Origin: Candidatus Baldrarchaeum yapensis
GTDB lineage: Archaea; Asgardarchaeota; Baldrarchaeia; Baldrarchaeales; Baldrarchaeaceae
DNA length: 31,500 nucleotides
Assembly: GCA_016840465.1 (NCBI GenBank)
Contig: JAEOSH010000018.1
Coordinates: 1 to 31,500, forward strand
Reading direction: 5' to 3'
Translations under genes and position numbers: made by a program
The notes under the pieces: generated by a model
What the model was told of the DNA's origin: nothing
What the model saw: only the letters and a program-made list of their open reading frames with translations
Database searches by the model: none
Part shown: in pieces, positions 1-9,429 of the stretch
Layout of the letters: each line of letters starts with the position of its first letter
How positions within the stretch are numbered: the stretch's first letter is position 1

Positions 1-365
1 GACCCTGGAGAGAAATGCCCTTCTGCTCGCCAGGCCGAGGAGGGCGTCACGCCGGGGGAGGCGGTGGGGGTGGGGCGCGAGGTACGAGAGGGTCTTCGAG
101 GCACTCAGGCACATCTACCGGCACAGGGGCGAAGGAGAGCGCTTCTGCTCGAGGCTAAAGGCGAGGCTCAGGAGCTCGCTGAGGTACGTGCTCGTTGAGA
201 GCGCGGACGCCTTCGTGAAGTGGTTATCACTCGCGATGAATATAGAGCGGATCGCAATCGGGAAGACGGGCGCGTGACTCGGAATCCGATGAGGGCAGAG
301 GGGCAGAGACGGCCGGCGACGCGCGTACCAGCGATCGACGTCCCCGGGCCGATGTCTAGCCGTGA
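1..365. mobile_element. GC-rich, compositionally foreign segment at the window edge. It may be the partial right end of an IS element or an assembly chimera.
   Basis: 42 of the first 60 nt are G/C by my count. The high GC continues to about 360 and then drops abruptly into AT-rich sequence (gtgtttatgttgaatttatttatg). The segment contains an ORF tail with a transposase-like C-terminus and a tandem GGGCAGAG GGGCAGAG at 293-308. Confidence 0.3.
2..277 (+). CDS. Partial ORF (last 91 codons plus TGA), possibly the C-terminus of an IS4/IS5-superfamily DDE transposase
   Basis: Frame 2 is open from the window edge to TGA at 275-277. 77 of 91 third codon positions are G/C (my count), which is strong coding periodicity. 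Arg codons are mostly AGG. The tail ...GERFCSRLKARL...WLSLAMNIERIA resembles the E-x2-F-x2-LK ... A-x-N-[LI]-x-R end of DDE_Tnp_1 transposases (from memory, unverified). Confidence 0.35.
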   Translation, partial: TLERNALLLARPRRASRRGRRWGWGARYERVFEALRHIYRHRGEGERFCSRLKARLRSSLRYVLVESADAFVKWLSLAMNIERIAIGKTGA

Positions 366-481
366 GTGTTTATGTTGAATTTATTTATGAAACAGCCTCG
401 GTCAGTTGAGAAAAATTTATCTACTTTGCGTTTTGATTAGCAACTCGCAGATGACCACAAAAAAAAATACGGAGGTAGAGT

Positions 482-661
482 ATGAGTTCGGAGTACAAGC
501 CACCGGTTTGTAGTTCCTGTGGAAGGCCTATCCTCGTTGATGAGGCATGCGTGAAATTCCCATGCCCTAACTGTGGACAGATAATACTATGGCGTTGTGA
601 GAAGTGTAAAAAGTTGACTCGCCCATACAAATGTCCCAATTGCGATTTTATCGGACCATGA
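482..661 (+). CDS. Small Zn-ribbon protein (four CxxC pairs; COG2888-like Zn-ribbon RNA-binding protein usually found next to aEF-1beta)
   Basis: Not in the ORF track because it is 59 aa. My translation is MSSEYKPPVCSSCGRPILVDEACVKFPCPNCGQIILWRCEKCKKLTRPYKCPNCDFIGP. A GGAGGT Shine-Dalgarno sits 6 nt upstream of the ATG. The stop at 659-661 abuts the GTG start of the next gene at 663. Confidence 0.7.
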   Translation: MSSEYKPPVCSSCGRPILVDEACVKFPCPNCGQIILWRCEKCKKLTRPYKCPNCDFIGP

Positions 662-662
662 G

Positions 663-938
663 GTGGTAATAGTGGGGAAAGTTATTGCAATAGTTAAGAT
701 ATTTCCCGAGAGTACTGATGTCGATTTAAATGTCATGCTTGAGAGTATAAAGAAGGAGATAGGCGGTGATGCAACGATTAGCGATACTAGGATCGAAGAT
801 ATAGCATTTGGGCTCAAGGTTCTGAAACTCGCATTAATAGTACCGGAGGTCGAAGGAGCACTAGAGGGAGTCGAAGAGAAGATTAGAAATGTAAAGGGAG
901 TCAGTGAGGTCGAAATAGAGGGAGTGACAAGACTATAG
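663..938 (+). CDS. ef1b: Translation elongation factor aEF-1 beta
   Basis: 91 aa. The N-terminus KVIAIVKIFPESTDVDLN, the central IAFGLKVL and the C-terminal GVSEVEIEGVTRL match the archaeal EF-1beta pattern (VMPESPDVDL...IAFGL...V..V..V.RL). Confidence 0.9.
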   Translation: MVIVGKVIAIVKIFPESTDVDLNVMLESIKKEIGGDATISDTRIEDIAFGLKVLKLALIVPEVEGALEGVEEKIRNVKGVSEVEIEGVTRL

Positions 939-1039
939 AGCGGTACTGTATTTCTTGTTTTGCATTTTCTTCTTTGTCAGATGATACTTAAATTCAGTTA
1001 ATGGTTACGATATAATAGTCTGCCTTGCCAAATGATACT

Positions 1040-3250
1040 ATGAGTTTTAGGGAAAACATCTGGAGGACGGCCTATTTGCAAGAGTGCAAGTTGAGAGTGG
1101 CAGAGGCAAAGCAAGAGGATGTAAACAGGTTCGTTGTTAGAATAGACCCTGAAGTCATGGACATGCTCGGAATAAAAACAGGAGACATAGTTGAAATCGT
1201 AGGAAGCCGATCCACGGCTGCGATTGTATGGCCAGCGTATCCGGAGGACTGCGGACTGAGAATTGTACGTATGGATGGTACTATTCGTAAGAATGCAGGT
1301 GTGACGCTCGGAGGAACAGTTACCATAAGGAAAGCGGAAGAAAAGGAGGCTTCAATAGTAGTTTTAGCGTTAATTTCACCTCAAATTCACGGTATTGACA
1401 AGGATCTGGTTACATATGTTAAGAGAAGATTGTTAAATTGTCCATTGACGAGGGGAGATCACATAGTGATACCGTTGCTGAAGCGATCACTAAACCTGAT
1501 GGTAGTTAGCGTAAGACCGGAAGGAATAGTTGTGGTTACCGATAGTACCGAGATTAAGATAAAGGAGAGGCCAGAGGAGGCGGGTGAGATACCATACGTT
1601 ACATATGAGGATATCGGAGGCCTCTCTGACGTCATTCAAAAGATACGAGAAATGGTTGAACTCCCCCTCAAACACCCGGAGTTATTCAAGAAGTTAGGAA
1701 TAGATCCCCCTAAGGGAATCCTTTTGTACGGCCCTCCCGGTTGCGGGAAAACTCTGATAGCGAGAGCCGTTGCGAATGAGGCTGATGCCTATTTTATAGC
1801 AATAAATGGTCCTGAGATTATGGGAAAGTTCTATGGGGAGTCTGAGCAAAAACTTCGCCAAGTGTTTGAAGAGGCTCAAAGAAACGCGCCTTCCATAATA
1901 TTCATCGACGAAATTGACGCAATAGCCCCCAAGAGGGAAGAAGTTACGGGTGAAGTTGAGAGGCGTGTTGTTGCACAATTACTGGCGCTGATGGACGGGC
2001 TTAAGACAAGAGGACATGTGATAGTGATAGGTGCAACCAACAGACCTAATGCGCTGGATCCGGCACTTAGAAGACCTGGTAGATTTGACAGGGAAATAGA
2101 GATAGGAGTTCCAGATAAGGACGGGCGTTATGAGATTCTAAAGATACATACACGTGGTATGCCCCTTGCGGAAGACGTGGATCTGAGAAAAATAGCGGAG
2201 TTGACAAACGGGTTTGTGGGTGCCGATCTGGCAGCACTTTGCAGAGAGGCTGCGATGCGTGCTCTTAGAAGGTACCTTCCCATGATAAACATGGACGATG
2301 AAATAATACCGCCCCATGTGCTCGAAAACATAAAGGTGACGATGAAGGACTTCTTAGATGCTCTTAAGGAAGTCCAACCTTCTGCAATTCGGGAAATCGC
2401 CGTTGAGGTCCCGGCGGTCAAATGGTCTGATATAGGAGGACTGGAGGACATTAAACAAGAGTTGAGGGAAACTGTAGAGTGGGCACTTAAACATCCCGAG
2501 CGCTTTAAGCGAATGGGCATAGAGCCTCCCAAAGGAATTTTGCTATATGGACCTCCAGGGACGGGTAAAACCCTACTTGTTAAAGCGCTTGCCAACGAGG
2601 CAGGCGCGAACTTCATTTATGTAAAAGGGCCCGAGATTCTATCGAAATGGGTGGGGGAGTCAGAGAAAGCAATAAGGGAGATTTTCAGAAAAGCACGTAT
2701 GATCGCGCCCACGATAATTTTCTTTGACGAAATAGATGCAATCGCTAGAAGACGTGATACAATGGCATTTGAAAGTCCTGCCATTGAAAGGATAGTTTGT
2801 CAACTTCTTACCGAAATGGACGGGTTACAACCGTTAAAGGAAGTTATTGTTGTCGCCGCAACCAGCAGACCTGATCTTTTGGATCCAGCCCTTCTCAGGC
2901 CGGGAAGATTCGATAGGTTGATTTATGTCCCGCCACCTGATAGGTCTGCCAGATACGAAATCCTAAAGGTACTCACGCGTAATATGCCCCTTGCAGAAGA
3001 TGTTGACCTCATGAAACTTGCTGAGATTACCGAGGGATATGTTGGCGCCGATCTGGCGGCGTTATGCAGAGAAGCAGCCATATTGGCACTTAGGGAGAAT
3101 GAAAACATCGAAAAAATCGAATGGAGACACTTCATGGAAGCGTTAAAGAAAGTTCGCCCGACAGTTAATGAGGAAGTCGTCCGTTGGTATAGAAAGTTTT
3201 CTGAACAGTTTAAGTATTCACATCAGTTCCAGTACACTCCCACAATATAG
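1040..3250 (+). CDS. cdc48: Cdc48/VCP-like AAA+ ATPase (N domain plus D1 plus D2)
   Basis: Two Walker A motifs ([16 protein letters not shown]), two Walker B motifs ([16 protein letters not shown]) and two second-region-of-homology segments ([38 protein letters not shown]). The N-terminal double-psi-barrel-like domain has the pattern [21 protein letters not shown]. The track starts at TTG 1025. I prefer ATG 1040, which lies about 27 nt downstream of a TATA-like gatataat (1007-1014) and suggests a leaderless mRNA. Confidence 0.95.
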   Translation: MSFRENIWRTAYLQECKLRVAEAKQEDVNRFVVRIDPEVMDMLGIKTGDIVEIVGSRSTAAIVWPAYPEDCGLRIVRMDGTIRKNAGVTLGGTVTIRKAEEKEASIVVLALISPQIHGIDKDLVTYVKRRLLNCPLTRGDHIVIPLLKRSLNLMVVSVRPEGIVVVTDSTEIKIKERPEEAGEIPYVTYEDIGGLSDVIQKIREMVELPLKHPELFKKLGIDPPKGILLYGPPGCGKTLIARAVANEADAYFIAINGPEIMGKFYGESEQKLRQVFEEAQRNAPSIIFIDEIDAIAPKREEVTGEVERRVVAQLLALMDGLKTRGHVIVIGATNRPNALDPALRRPGRFDREIEIGVPDKDGRYEILKIHTRGMPLAEDVDLRKIAELTNGFVGADLAALCREAAMRALRRYLPMINMDDEIIPPHVLENIKVTMKDFLDALKEVQPSAIREIAVEVPAVKWSDIGGLEDIKQELRETVEWALKHPERFKRMGIEPPKGILLYGPPGTGKTLLVKALANEAGANFIYVKGPEILSKWVGESEKAIREIFRKARMIAPTIIFFDEIDAIARRRDTMAFESPAIERIVCQLLTEMDGLQPLKEVIVVAATSRPDLLDPALLRPGRFDRLIYVPPPDRSARYEILKVLTRNMPLAEDVDLMKLAEITEGYVGADLAALCREAAILALRENENIEKIEWRHFMEALKKVRPTVNEEVVRWYRKFSEQFKYSHQFQYTPTI

Positions 3251-3265
3251 TAGCGGGGTGGTTTT

Positions 3266-3520
3266 ATGAGTACAGGAAGAATTCTTCCACTAAAGATGCT
3301 AATACTTCAAATACTGAAACGACAGCAAATTTTGCGTGACGACGAATTATTAGAATACCTAAACAAGTACATGGGTGAGGTCTCCGCATCTGAGTTCAAT
3401 AGAGCGCTCATGCAACTCGAAATTCAGGGATTGATTCACGTGAGTCCTCTGAAGAAGAACATCAGGAAGATCGAACTTCTGGGACCGGGTAAGGAGTTCA
3501 TGGGCGCAGAAGAAGATTGA
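3266..3520 (+). CDS. Hypothetical small protein, winged-helix-like, co-directional with cdc48
   Basis: 84-aa ORF starting 15 nt after the cdc48 stop. The helix-rich pattern (LKMLILQILKRQQILRDDELLEYL ... LMQLEIQGLIHV) resembles a wHTH. I recognise no specific family. Confidence 0.45.
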   Translation: MSTGRILPLKMLILQILKRQQILRDDELLEYLNKYMGEVSASEFNRALMQLEIQGLIHVSPLKKNIRKIELLGPGKEFMGAEED

Positions 3521-3826
3521 CACGCACAGAAGCAGAGGCGGATCAATGCTCGTCGCGAGGTCTTCATCGCCTCCGTGCTCAGTCTGGGACGGCCACATCA
3601 TCTCCGCATTTTCCCTTAGAGATTCAGAGAAGATAAATTTTACTATTTGAGTGGCGCACATCACGTCTTGTGATGCCTGCTGGAGGTCTTCCATTCTTCC
3701 ATACTACACCTTTAAACAGTATTCGTTTAATATTTAAAGTCTTGAGTACACGTATCTTTGCGGTGTTCCAAAAATATCAAAATCATGAAAACCGACGAGG
3801 TACCCATGGTGTAGGGAGGCATCAAA

Positions 3827-4552
3827 ATGATACCGCCTGCTTTTGGTTATGACAGGGCGATTACCATATTCAGCCCCGACGGCCGCCTGTTCCAAGTAGA
3901 GTACGCAATGGAAGCAGTAAAGAAGGGGGCGACGGCCGTCGGAGTCAAGTGTAAGGATGGCGTTGTACTATCCGTGGAAAAGAAACTCCTACCCCTACAA
4001 GAACCGATGAATGTAACAAAGGTGTTCCAGATAGATGAACATGTGGGAGTTGCAATCGCCGGCTTGACCGCTGACGCCAGAATTCTCATACACTACGCAC
4101 GTTTAGAAGCCCAATTAAATAGGCTTAATTATGATGAGCCCATCTCGGTGGAATTGTTGGCAAAAAGAATTGGAGATATAAAGCAGCTTTATACGCAACA
4201 TGCGGGGGTTAGGCCGTTCGGGGTCTCATTACTAATAGCTGGGGTTGATGATAAGGGTCCCCGCCTTTTCATGACGGATCCAAGTGGTACATTCTGGGAA
4301 TTCAAGGCAGTTGCAATGGGGGCGGGGGCACAGGCTGCGATGGAGTTACTTGAAAAAGAATATAGGGACGATTTAAGTTTAGATGATGCCGTTATGCTCG
4401 CGCTTAAAGCTTTACGTAAGGCGATGAATGGCGAAATAGATTCAAAAAAGGTAGAAATGGCAATCGCGTATCGTGAAACCCGGAAGTTTAGGCTTTTATC
4501 ACCCGAAGAGGTTAATCATTACGTTGAAAAATTAAAGGATAGCAAAGGTTGA
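3827..4552 (+). CDS. psmA: Proteasome subunit alpha
   Basis: The N-terminus [27 protein letters not shown] is the canonical 20S alpha-subunit signature. The protein is 241 aa, with a GGGAGG Shine-Dalgarno upstream. Confidence 0.95.
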   Translation: MIPPAFGYDRAITIFSPDGRLFQVEYAMEAVKKGATAVGVKCKDGVVLSVEKKLLPLQEPMNVTKVFQIDEHVGVAIAGLTADARILIHYARLEAQLNRLNYDEPISVELLAKRIGDIKQLYTQHAGVRPFGVSLLIAGVDDKGPRLFMTDPSGTFWEFKAVAMGAGAQAAMELLEKEYRDDLSLDDAVMLALKALRKAMNGEIDSKKVEMAIAYRETRKFRLLSPEEVNHYVEKLKDSKG

Positions 4553-5289
4553 TGGTTATGAGCGCGATTAGAGGAGAAAAATGGGTAATATTAGAAGGGG
4601 CTGCAATTGCTCGTCTTGAGACCAGAGGTATGAGGTTTGAGGTCATAGTAGATCCCGAAAAGGCATGGGATTTAAAAAGAGGAAAAGATATTGATATAAG
4701 GGACGTACTTAAGGGTTACATAATCTTTGAAGATGTGAGGCATGGCAAGAAGGCGCCTGAGAGCAAATTGAAGGAGATATTTGGAACCACAGATCCGTTC
4801 GAGATTTCAAAAATAATAATAACGAAGGGAAGATTACAACTGACGACAGAGCAGAGAAGGCGGATGATAGAAGAAAAGAAGAAGGCTATCATATCGCTAA
4901 TATCAAAGTATTGCATAAATCCCCAAACGGGACTTCCCCACCCTCCGCAAAGGATAGAAAAAGCGCTTGAAGAGGCCAAGGTTGCGATAGACCCATTTAA
5001 GTCTCCAGAGGAGCAGCTAAAGGACATTATAAAGGCGCTAGAACCAATTATTCCGATAAGAATGGAAATAACCACGTTGAAGATTCACGTTCCTGCAATT
5101 TATACCGGAAAAGTGTATAATTTCGTCAGAGCATCAGGTACCATTACGTCTGAGAAGTGGAATCCTGATGGTTCCTGGGAGGCTGTTGTTGAGATACCCG
5201 CTGGCATAAGAACGTCCTTTATTGAAAAACTCAATAATATGACCAAGGGTCAAGCAAGGGCAGAGATCGTAGGGAAGAAGAAAAAGTAG
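4552..5289 (+). CDS. sdo1: SBDS/Sdo1-family ribosome maturation protein
   Basis: Conserved position after psmA in the archaeal exosome superoperon. About 245 aa with an FYSH-like N-terminus ([20 protein letters not shown]...DIRDVL). ATG 4552 overlaps the psmA TGA; the track uses TTG 4549. Confidence 0.85.
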   Translation: MVMSAIRGEKWVILEGAAIARLETRGMRFEVIVDPEKAWDLKRGKDIDIRDVLKGYIIFEDVRHGKKAPESKLKEIFGTTDPFEISKIIITKGRLQLTTEQRRRMIEEKKKAIISLISKYCINPQTGLPHPPQRIEKALEEAKVAIDPFKSPEEQLKDIIKALEPIIPIRMEITTLKIHVPAIYTGKVYNFVRASGTITSEKWNPDGSWEAVVEIPAGIRTSFIEKLNNMTKGQARAEIVGKKKK

Positions 5290-5298
5290 GTGATATAA

Positions 5299-6006
5299 AT
5301 GCCGATATTTTTCCAGAATAAGGATATTGTTGTCCCCGGGGATTGTATTGCGACAGGCCCAAATTATAAACCCGGGGTTGGAACGTTCAGAGAGGGAGAT
5401 TCCATTTTCGCGGCTGTTATCGGATTGCTCGAGATAAAAAATGATGTTATTAATGTAATTCCGTTAGAGGGGACTTACATACCGCGTCCCAATGATATTG
5501 TTATAGGGAAGGTGATAGACGTAGCGATAGCCAGCTGGAAAGTTGATATCAGAGCGCCGTATGTTGCAACTCTTCCGGCATCTAATGTATTCGATAGACC
5601 AATAGATCCGGTAAGAGAAGATCCACGGAAGTATCTCGATGTGGGAGACACCATACTTGCGAAGATAGTATCCTTCGATAGAACACATGATCCCATCCTG
5701 ACAATAAAGGAGAAGGGACTTGGGAAACTCAAGGGAGGAAGATTGATAATCATGGAGCCTACTAAAGTTCCAAGATTGATAGGGAGAAAAGGATCGATGA
5801 TAAATATGGTAAAAGGAGAGACAAAATGCAAGATCGTGATAGGACAGAACGGTAGGATCTGGATTTCATGTGAGAGGCCGGAGATCGAGGATATTATTGA
5901 GATGATCGTTCGCAGAATAGAGAGGGAAGCTCACACGACGGGACTCACTGACAGAATCCGCGAGTTTATAAAGCAGGAGATGGGAAAAATTCGAAGAGGG
6001 GAGTGA
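5299..6006 (+). CDS. rrp4: Exosome complex RNA-binding subunit Rrp4 (N-terminal domain plus S1 plus KH)
   Basis: VVPGD N-terminal motif, an S1-like segment ([27 protein letters not shown]) and a KH-like segment ([15 protein letters not shown]). It sits immediately upstream of rrp41/rrp42. Confidence 0.9.
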   Translation: MPIFFQNKDIVVPGDCIATGPNYKPGVGTFREGDSIFAAVIGLLEIKNDVINVIPLEGTYIPRPNDIVIGKVIDVAIASWKVDIRAPYVATLPASNVFDRPIDPVREDPRKYLDVGDTILAKIVSFDRTHDPILTIKEKGLGKLKGGRLIIMEPTKVPRLIGRKGSMINMVKGETKCKIVIGQNGRIWISCERPEIEDIIEMIVRRIEREAHTTGLTDRIREFIKQEMGKIRRGE

Positions 6007-6776
6007 TGCGAATGAAAATAGTTCCTAGGATCAAACAGCAACCAGAGAGGTTGATTGATGAGAACGGTCTTCGCGTCGATGGTAGAAGAGTTGACGAATT
6101 AAGGAAGATGAAAATGGAAGTGGGCGTGCTGAAACAGGCAGACGGATCTGCATATCTAGAACAAGGGAAAACAAAGGTCTTTGTCGCAGTATACGGTCCT
6201 CGAGAACTTCACCCACGGCACCTAGCGTTACCTGATAGAGCACTATTAAGGTGCACATACCGTATGGCATCGTTCTCTGTTGAGGAGAGAAAGAGCCCAG
6301 CACCCTCGAGAAGAGAAATTGAGCTGTCAAAGGTAATAAGGCAGGCGCTGGAGCCGGCAGTATTTCTTGAAAGATTTCCAAAAACAGCAATAGACGTGTT
6401 TATAGAAATAATACAGGCAGATGGGGGAACACGATGTGCTAGTATCACTGCAGCATCATTAGCATTAGCAGATGCAGGAATCCCAATGTCAGATTTAGTT
6501 GCGGCGGTCGCTGTTGGGAAGGTAGACGGACATATAGTTCTCGACATAAATGATATTGAAGATAAGTACGGGCAGGGAGATATGCCCGTTGCACTGATGC
6601 CGCGGAAGAAGCAGATAACATTGTTGCAATTAGACGGAAAATGGACTCCGGAGGAGTTCAGGCAGGGACTCGAGTTAGCGATTAGGGGATGTGAGCAGAT
6701 ATATGCCATGCAGAAGACCGCTCTTAGAAAGAGGTATTTAGAGGTTAGAGAAGAGGTGCTGAGGGAAGGAGAATGA
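6006..6776 (+). CDS. rrp41: Exosome catalytic-ring subunit Rrp41 (RNase PH family)
   Basis: [36 protein letters not shown] and [26 protein letters not shown] are typical RNase PH/Rrp41 motifs. ATG 6006 overlaps the rrp4 TGA; the track uses GTG 6003. Confidence 0.92.
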   Translation: MRMKIVPRIKQQPERLIDENGLRVDGRRVDELRKMKMEVGVLKQADGSAYLEQGKTKVFVAVYGPRELHPRHLALPDRALLRCTYRMASFSVEERKSPAPSRREIELSKVIRQALEPAVFLERFPKTAIDVFIEIIQADGGTRCASITAASLALADAGIPMSDLVAAVAVGKVDGHIVLDINDIEDKYGQGDMPVALMPRKKQITLLQLDGKWTPEEFRQGLELAIRGCEQIYAMQKTALRKRYLEVREEVLREGE

Positions 6777-7591
6777 TGCATAAGATGTATAAAATAGTTT
6801 CCGACATCGAAAGGGAGAGCATGAGAACATTGTTAAGCAAAAGACGAAGAATAGACGGAAGAGGGCTCGAAGACTTTAGAAAGATCGAGATAGAGACGGG
6901 AGTTGTTGAAAAGGCGGAAGGTTCAGCAATGGTGAAGCTGGGAGATACGAAGGTTGTTGTTGGTGTGAAGGCAGAGATAGGCGCACCTTTCCCAGATACT
7001 CCAAATAAGGGAGTGCTGACAGTTAATGCCGAGTTTGTTCCAACGGCTTCTCCATTCTTTGAGCCGGGACCTCCTGATGAGGATGCAATAGAGCTTGCAC
7101 GTGTGGTTGATAGAGGATTGAGGGAAAGCGAGGCAATAGATTTAGAGAAGTTGTGTTTAGTTGAGGGAGAGAAGGTCTGGATATTATTTGTGGATCTTTA
7201 CATATTAGATCACTCAGGAAACCTCTTTGATGCGTCAGCGCTTGGGGCAATTGCCGCCCTTCTAACGACAAAAATACCTAAAGTTGAAGTTCAAGAAGAT
7301 GAAATAAAAGTACTAGATGAAGAAGTGCCACTTCCGATGCGTCATATTCCGGTGTCTGTAACCTTTGCAAAGATAGGAGATAGCATAATCGTGGATCCCT
7401 GCATAGAGGAGGAACAAGTAATGGACGCCTGCTTAACAATAACCGTCGATGAGGAGGGGCACTTGGTGTCGATGCAGAAGGGGGGCTCGGGGACCTTTGA
7501 CGTAAACGATATAAATTACATGCTGGAGACGGCATTGAGGAAGGCAAAGGACCTGAGAGAGAAACTTCCTAAAGTGTCATTAGGTGACTAA
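6773..7591 (+). CDS. rrp42: Exosome ring subunit Rrp42 (RNase PH-like, non-catalytic)
   Basis: [36 protein letters not shown] and [19 protein letters not shown]. It forms an ATGA overlap with the rrp41 stop and is in the expected gene order. Confidence 0.9.
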   Translation: MMHKMYKIVSDIERESMRTLLSKRRRIDGRGLEDFRKIEIETGVVEKAEGSAMVKLGDTKVVVGVKAEIGAPFPDTPNKGVLTVNAEFVPTASPFFEPGPPDEDAIELARVVDRGLRESEAIDLEKLCLVEGEKVWILFVDLYILDHSGNLFDASALGAIAALLTTKIPKVEVQEDEIKVLDEEVPLPMRHIPVSVTFAKIGDSIIVDPCIEEEQVMDACLTITVDEEGHLVSMQKGGSGTFDVNDINYMLETALRKAKDLREKLPKVSLGD

Positions 7592-7593
7592 AA

Positions 7594-7872
7594 ATGGGAA
7601 GAACGAAGAAAGTTGGGCCTGCTGGTAGGTTTGGAGCAAGATATGGGGTCAGAATCAGGAAGAGAGTTGCAGAAATAGAAATGGTGATGCGGCAGTGGCA
7701 TAAGTGTCCCAGATGCGGTATACGCAGAGTTAAGAGAATAGGAACGGCACTGTGGCGCTGCCGGAAGTGCGGATACACGTTTACAGGAGGAGCATACTTC
7801 CCAATGACCGCGGTTGGGAAGACCGTACGTCAGACTATTGCGACCATACAGCGGAAGGAACAGGAGAGATGA
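7594..7872 (+). CDS. rpl37ae: Ribosomal protein L37Ae (eL43)
   Basis: GRTKKVGPAGRFGARYG plus the Zn ribbon CPRCG...CRKCG. 92 aa. Confidence 0.95.
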   Translation: MGRTKKVGPAGRFGARYGVRIRKRVAEIEMVMRQWHKCPRCGIRRVKRIGTALWRCRKCGYTFTGGAYFPMTAVGKTVRQTIATIQRKEQER

Positions 7873-8468
7873 GCATTCTTATAACTACATCACGACGGCC
7901 AACTCGTAGAACGAGATCTCTTTGTAATGACCTTGCCAGGGTCATTCCTGGTGCGGTAAGGATCAATAGGGGGAAATTGAGCCTAGAGGGCGTTGCCCTG
8001 AGAGCTATAGAGTTAGGTGCCGACAGGATAATCTTGGTGAGCGTTTACAAAGGAAACCCGGGTAAAATGCACTTCTTTGAGGTCAGCTCAGAAACCTTCA
8101 AAAGGTTGGGGCCCGACATGTTGTTGGCTGGAGTCAAATTACAGAGAGATCTCGGTATTAGATCTCTTCGAAGGCACAATTCTCTCGGCGTGGTTACAAC
8201 AGGATCGGCAAACAATGAAATAAGAAAACTTGCAGACGCTCTAGGGTATATTTTGAAGTCAGAGGTATATGTTTTAGACTCCATGGAAAGGGCTGCGGAC
8301 TTGAGGGAAGAAAAAGGGTTAGAACTGATTTTAAAGGTGGAGGAGGATAGAAGGTCTCTTGCTGCATTATCCTTCTACTCACTTCTTAATGAAAAGATTG
8401 TGGGCCCGATAATAAGGGTGAAGAAACTGTTCTGGGAGCCAAAGGTGCTTTTAATTGGAGAGACGTGA
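7869..8468 (+). CDS. Brix-domain (Imp4/Rpf-like) ribosome biogenesis protein
   Basis: MSILITTSRRPTRRTRSLCNDLARVIP is the typical archaeal Brix N-terminus. ATG 7869 forms an ATGA overlap with the rpl37ae stop. The 39-codon upstream extension in the track (from 7752) lies inside rpl37ae and is rejected. Confidence 0.8.
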   Translation: MSILITTSRRPTRRTRSLCNDLARVIPGAVRINRGKLSLEGVALRAIELGADRIILVSVYKGNPGKMHFFEVSSETFKRLGPDMLLAGVKLQRDLGIRSLRRHNSLGVVTTGSANNEIRKLADALGYILKSEVYVLDSMERAADLREEKGLELILKVEEDRRSLAALSFYSLLNEKIVGPIIRVKKLFWEPKVLLIGET

Positions 8469-8730
8469 GGCGGAAGTCGAGATAGTGGTTGAATACGATA
8501 ATGATGACGATGCGAAGATGCTATATTCGGCGCTTTTGCCTGAGACTATGAGTTTACCTACGGAAAGAGAGAGAACCTTCATAACACGCAAGGGGAATAT
8601 TGTGGAGATACGGATAATTGCAATGGATATAACAGCGCTGAGAGCCGCCGTGAACGCATGCTTGAGGTGGGTAAAAATAGCAGAAGATATTAAATTGCTA
8701 TTAGTTAAGAAGGATAGTAGGAGGGATTGA
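8455..8730 (+). CDS. pcc1: KEOPS complex subunit Pcc1
   Basis: The segment IIAMDITALRAAVNACLRWVKIAEDI closely parallels Pyrococcus Pcc1 (IKATDSSALRGTVNSYLRWIKAAIDV, recalled from memory). About 90 aa, between Brix and prefoldin beta. TTG start. Confidence 0.8.
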   Translation: MERREAEVEIVVEYDNDDDAKMLYSALLPETMSLPTERERTFITRKGNIVEIRIIAMDITALRAAVNACLRWVKIAEDIKLLLVKKDSRRD

Positions 8731-8731
8731 T

Positions 8732-9094
8732 GTGGCCGAGAGGCTGCCTCCACAAATTCAAAACCAGTTGGCACTCCTGCAACAAGCACAGCAGAGGCTC
8801 GATATGCTGACGGCTCGTAAGCTTGAATTAGAGAGGGAATTGAGAGAAACAGAGTTTGCAATTTCCGAGTTAGAGAAAGTAAATGAGGATGCAGTAGTGT
8901 ACAAAATTGTCGGGGGCTTGCTTGTACAGACGGACAGAAATAAACTGCTGGAGGAATTAAAGGAGAGAAAGGACAGTCTCGAAACGCGGCTCAAGCTTCT
9001 CCAACGCCAAGAGGAAAGGGCCCGACAGCAGGTAAACGAATTGAGGGAGAAGTTAAAGCAGTCATTAAGTGAGAGAGGATATCAAGTATCATGA
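8732..9094 (+). CDS. pfdB: Prefoldin subunit beta
   Basis: The N-terminus LPPQIQNQLALLQQAQQRL, the central hairpin VYKIVGGLLVQ and a C-terminal coiled coil. 120 aa, GTG start. Confidence 0.9.
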   Translation: MAERLPPQIQNQLALLQQAQQRLDMLTARKLELERELRETEFAISELEKVNEDAVVYKIVGGLLVQTDRNKLLEELKERKDSLETRLKLLQRQEERARQQVNELREKLKQSLSERGYQVS

Positions 9095-9429
9095 GAGAGG
9101 AGGAAAAATTTCCAAGGAAAATAAGTCCTGAGGATATAGAGAGAATATGCACATCTGTCGAGAATGCGATTAGAAGGTTCATACTATCGAAGATTCCAGT
9201 GAATTCGATAATAGACTATGATGTCGTTGTCAATATCACCACGGACAATGGCCTCGACGTTGATATAAAGGTGGACGTTGTAACTTCGCCTTTCATCAAG
9301 TGTGATTTAGATGCGGTCATAAGAAAGGCCGTTGAGGTGGGCAGGGAAAAGTTGGAGAAAATGCTGAGGGAGTTAAAGAGTGAGGCCGAAAGTCCTGATA
9401 GATCTTCTGAGAAGGAACGTCAAGGATAA
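9091..9429 (+). CDS. Hypothetical small charged protein downstream of pfdB
   Basis: 112-aa ORF whose start forms an ATGA overlap with the pfdB stop. It may belong to a small archaea-specific uncharacterised family often seen after pfdB, but I cannot name the family confidently. Confidence 0.5.
   Translation: MREEEKFPRKISPEDIERICTSVENAIRRFILSKIPVNSIIDYDVVVNITTDNGLDVDIKVDVVTSPFIKCDLDAVIRKAVEVGREKLEKMLRELKSEAESPDRSSEKERQG

Noticed and set aside
3359-3852. ORFs 3359-3694 (minus, 111 aa) and 3670-3852 (plus, 60 aa) in the cdc48-psmA spacer. I also attempted to read C/D-box sRNA motifs there.
   Set aside because: Both ORFs overlap well-supported genes at one end and have no motifs. Only degenerate C-box-like strings are present (GTGATGC on the plus strand, ATGATGT on the minus strand). 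A D box (CTGA) is either missing or in the wrong order, so no sRNA call can be supported.
7752-7868. 39-codon N-terminal extension of the Brix ORF in the track (MALPEVRIHVY...)
   Set aside because: It lies inside the well-supported rpl37ae gene in another frame. The Brix family N-terminus (MSILITTSRRP) begins at ATG 7869, which forms an ATGA overlap with the rpl37ae stop.
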